Source: a virus. Taken from it: a DNA stretch of 64,000 bases. The translations under genes were made by a program, and so were the position numbers. The stretch covers positions 1-64,000 of the IMG/VR virus record IMGVR_UViG_3300031240_000002; one strand, written 5' to 3'. Shown here in pieces: positions 63,281-64,000 of the stretch (positions are counted from its first letter, which is position 1; every line of letters begins with the position of its first letter). The notes beneath the pieces are model-generated. The model ran no database searches. It was not told the DNA's origin and saw only the letters and a program-made list of their open reading frames with translations.

Positions 63281-63446
63281 GGGTCAGCCTACTCCGGGCG
63301 ACCGAGATACATCAACGTGGTCCGCCACCACCAGCGAAGGAAGCGGCGGAGCGGGCCGCGGCGAGGCGGGGCGGGCGGTGGAGGCTGCAGGGCGACGAGC
63401 GACCTGGTCTCGTCCTCGAGCGCGCGCGTGGAGAAGGGCAGCCAGA

Positions 63447-63929
63447 CTACCTGCGCTGGCGCGCGCGGACGAGGTCCTGCTTGGTGACCTTCCCCTTCGT
63501 GGCCTGCCGCTTCAGCTTCTCCTCCCGGATGTACCGGTCGAACGCCTCCGGCCCCCCCGGCCACCCCGTCGTCAGGTCGCTCGGGGTGTAGGCCAGCTTC
63601 AGCTTGTCGTTCCTCCATTCGCCCTCCGTCTTGAGCGGGCCCGGCAGGAGCGCCAGCCGCTCGACCGGCCACCAGACAAACCCGTGGTAGCTGAGCGCTT
63701 GGCGGAAGCTCTCGTCCGTCTTGCCGTCGCTGTGTTCGGCCAGGAACTCCCGGCGCTGCTGCTCGTCGATCCCGGGCCGCTGGTCCTGAACGCCGTAGTC
63801 GAGCTTGGTGACGACTCGGTCCATGGTCGCCTCGTAGGCGCCGGTCGCGGCCTTCTCGATGAAGCCCACGGTCAGCGTCCCTGGCGCGCGCGCATCCGCT
63901 GGCCGTTGCGGAGGCACCCGAGAGCCCAT
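63447..63929 (-). CDS. hypothetical protein
   Basis: 160 aa with phage-like codon usage; start uncertain. Confidence 0.55.
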   Translation of the reverse strand: MGSRVPPQRPADARAPGTLTVGFIEKAATGAYEATMDRVVTKLDYGVQDQRPGIDEQQRREFLAEHSDGKTDESFRQALSYHGFVWWPVERLALLPGPLKTEGEWRNDKLKLAYTPSDLTTGWPGGPEAFDRYIREEKLKRQATKGKVTKQDLVRARQRR

Positions 63930-64000
63930 CCAAAGTCGGCGGGGTGCATGGGTCAGACCTTCGACCTGTCGCCGCCGCCGTGCCGCTCCTCGTGCTCACG

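Overview
The window is most of a GC-rich tailed phage or prophage genome with a contractile (myovirus-type) tail. Essentially all credible genes are on the minus strand. Read in transcription order (64000 to 1), it encodes: portal, head morphogenesis protein, a run of micro-ORFs, scaffold, major capsid, neck, sheath, tube, a chaperone with a -1 frameshift site, tape measure, baseplate and large repeat-containing tail fibres. These are followed by myxobacterial-style secreted and lipoproteins, holin-like genes, RuvC, a sigma-like/DUF2924 fusion, a RecE/Sak4/SMC recombination module, initiator, DnaB, a HerA-like ATPase, a probable terminase small subunit and many small accessory genes. No large terminase, integrase, endolysin, tRNA or CRISPR array was recognised. 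Cargo proteins suggest a Myxococcota host (inference). Four non-coding signals stand out. (1) An ~280 nt highly structured candidate ncRNA has its own promoter and terminator (48079 to ~47803) and sits inside a direct-repeat-bounded HNH cassette next to the capsid gene. (2) Thirteen exact copies of CGCGTAGTATC each place a TAGTAT hexamer 7-9 nt before a start codon, suggesting a leaderless promoter regulon and possibly a cassette boundary. (3) Capsid and sheath share a promoter plus leader motif. (4) Phased DnaA-box-like sites lie upstream of the initiator. Three of five HNH genes and a C5 methyltransferase are disrupted while core genes are intact. All calls are from motif recognition by eye, not database searches.
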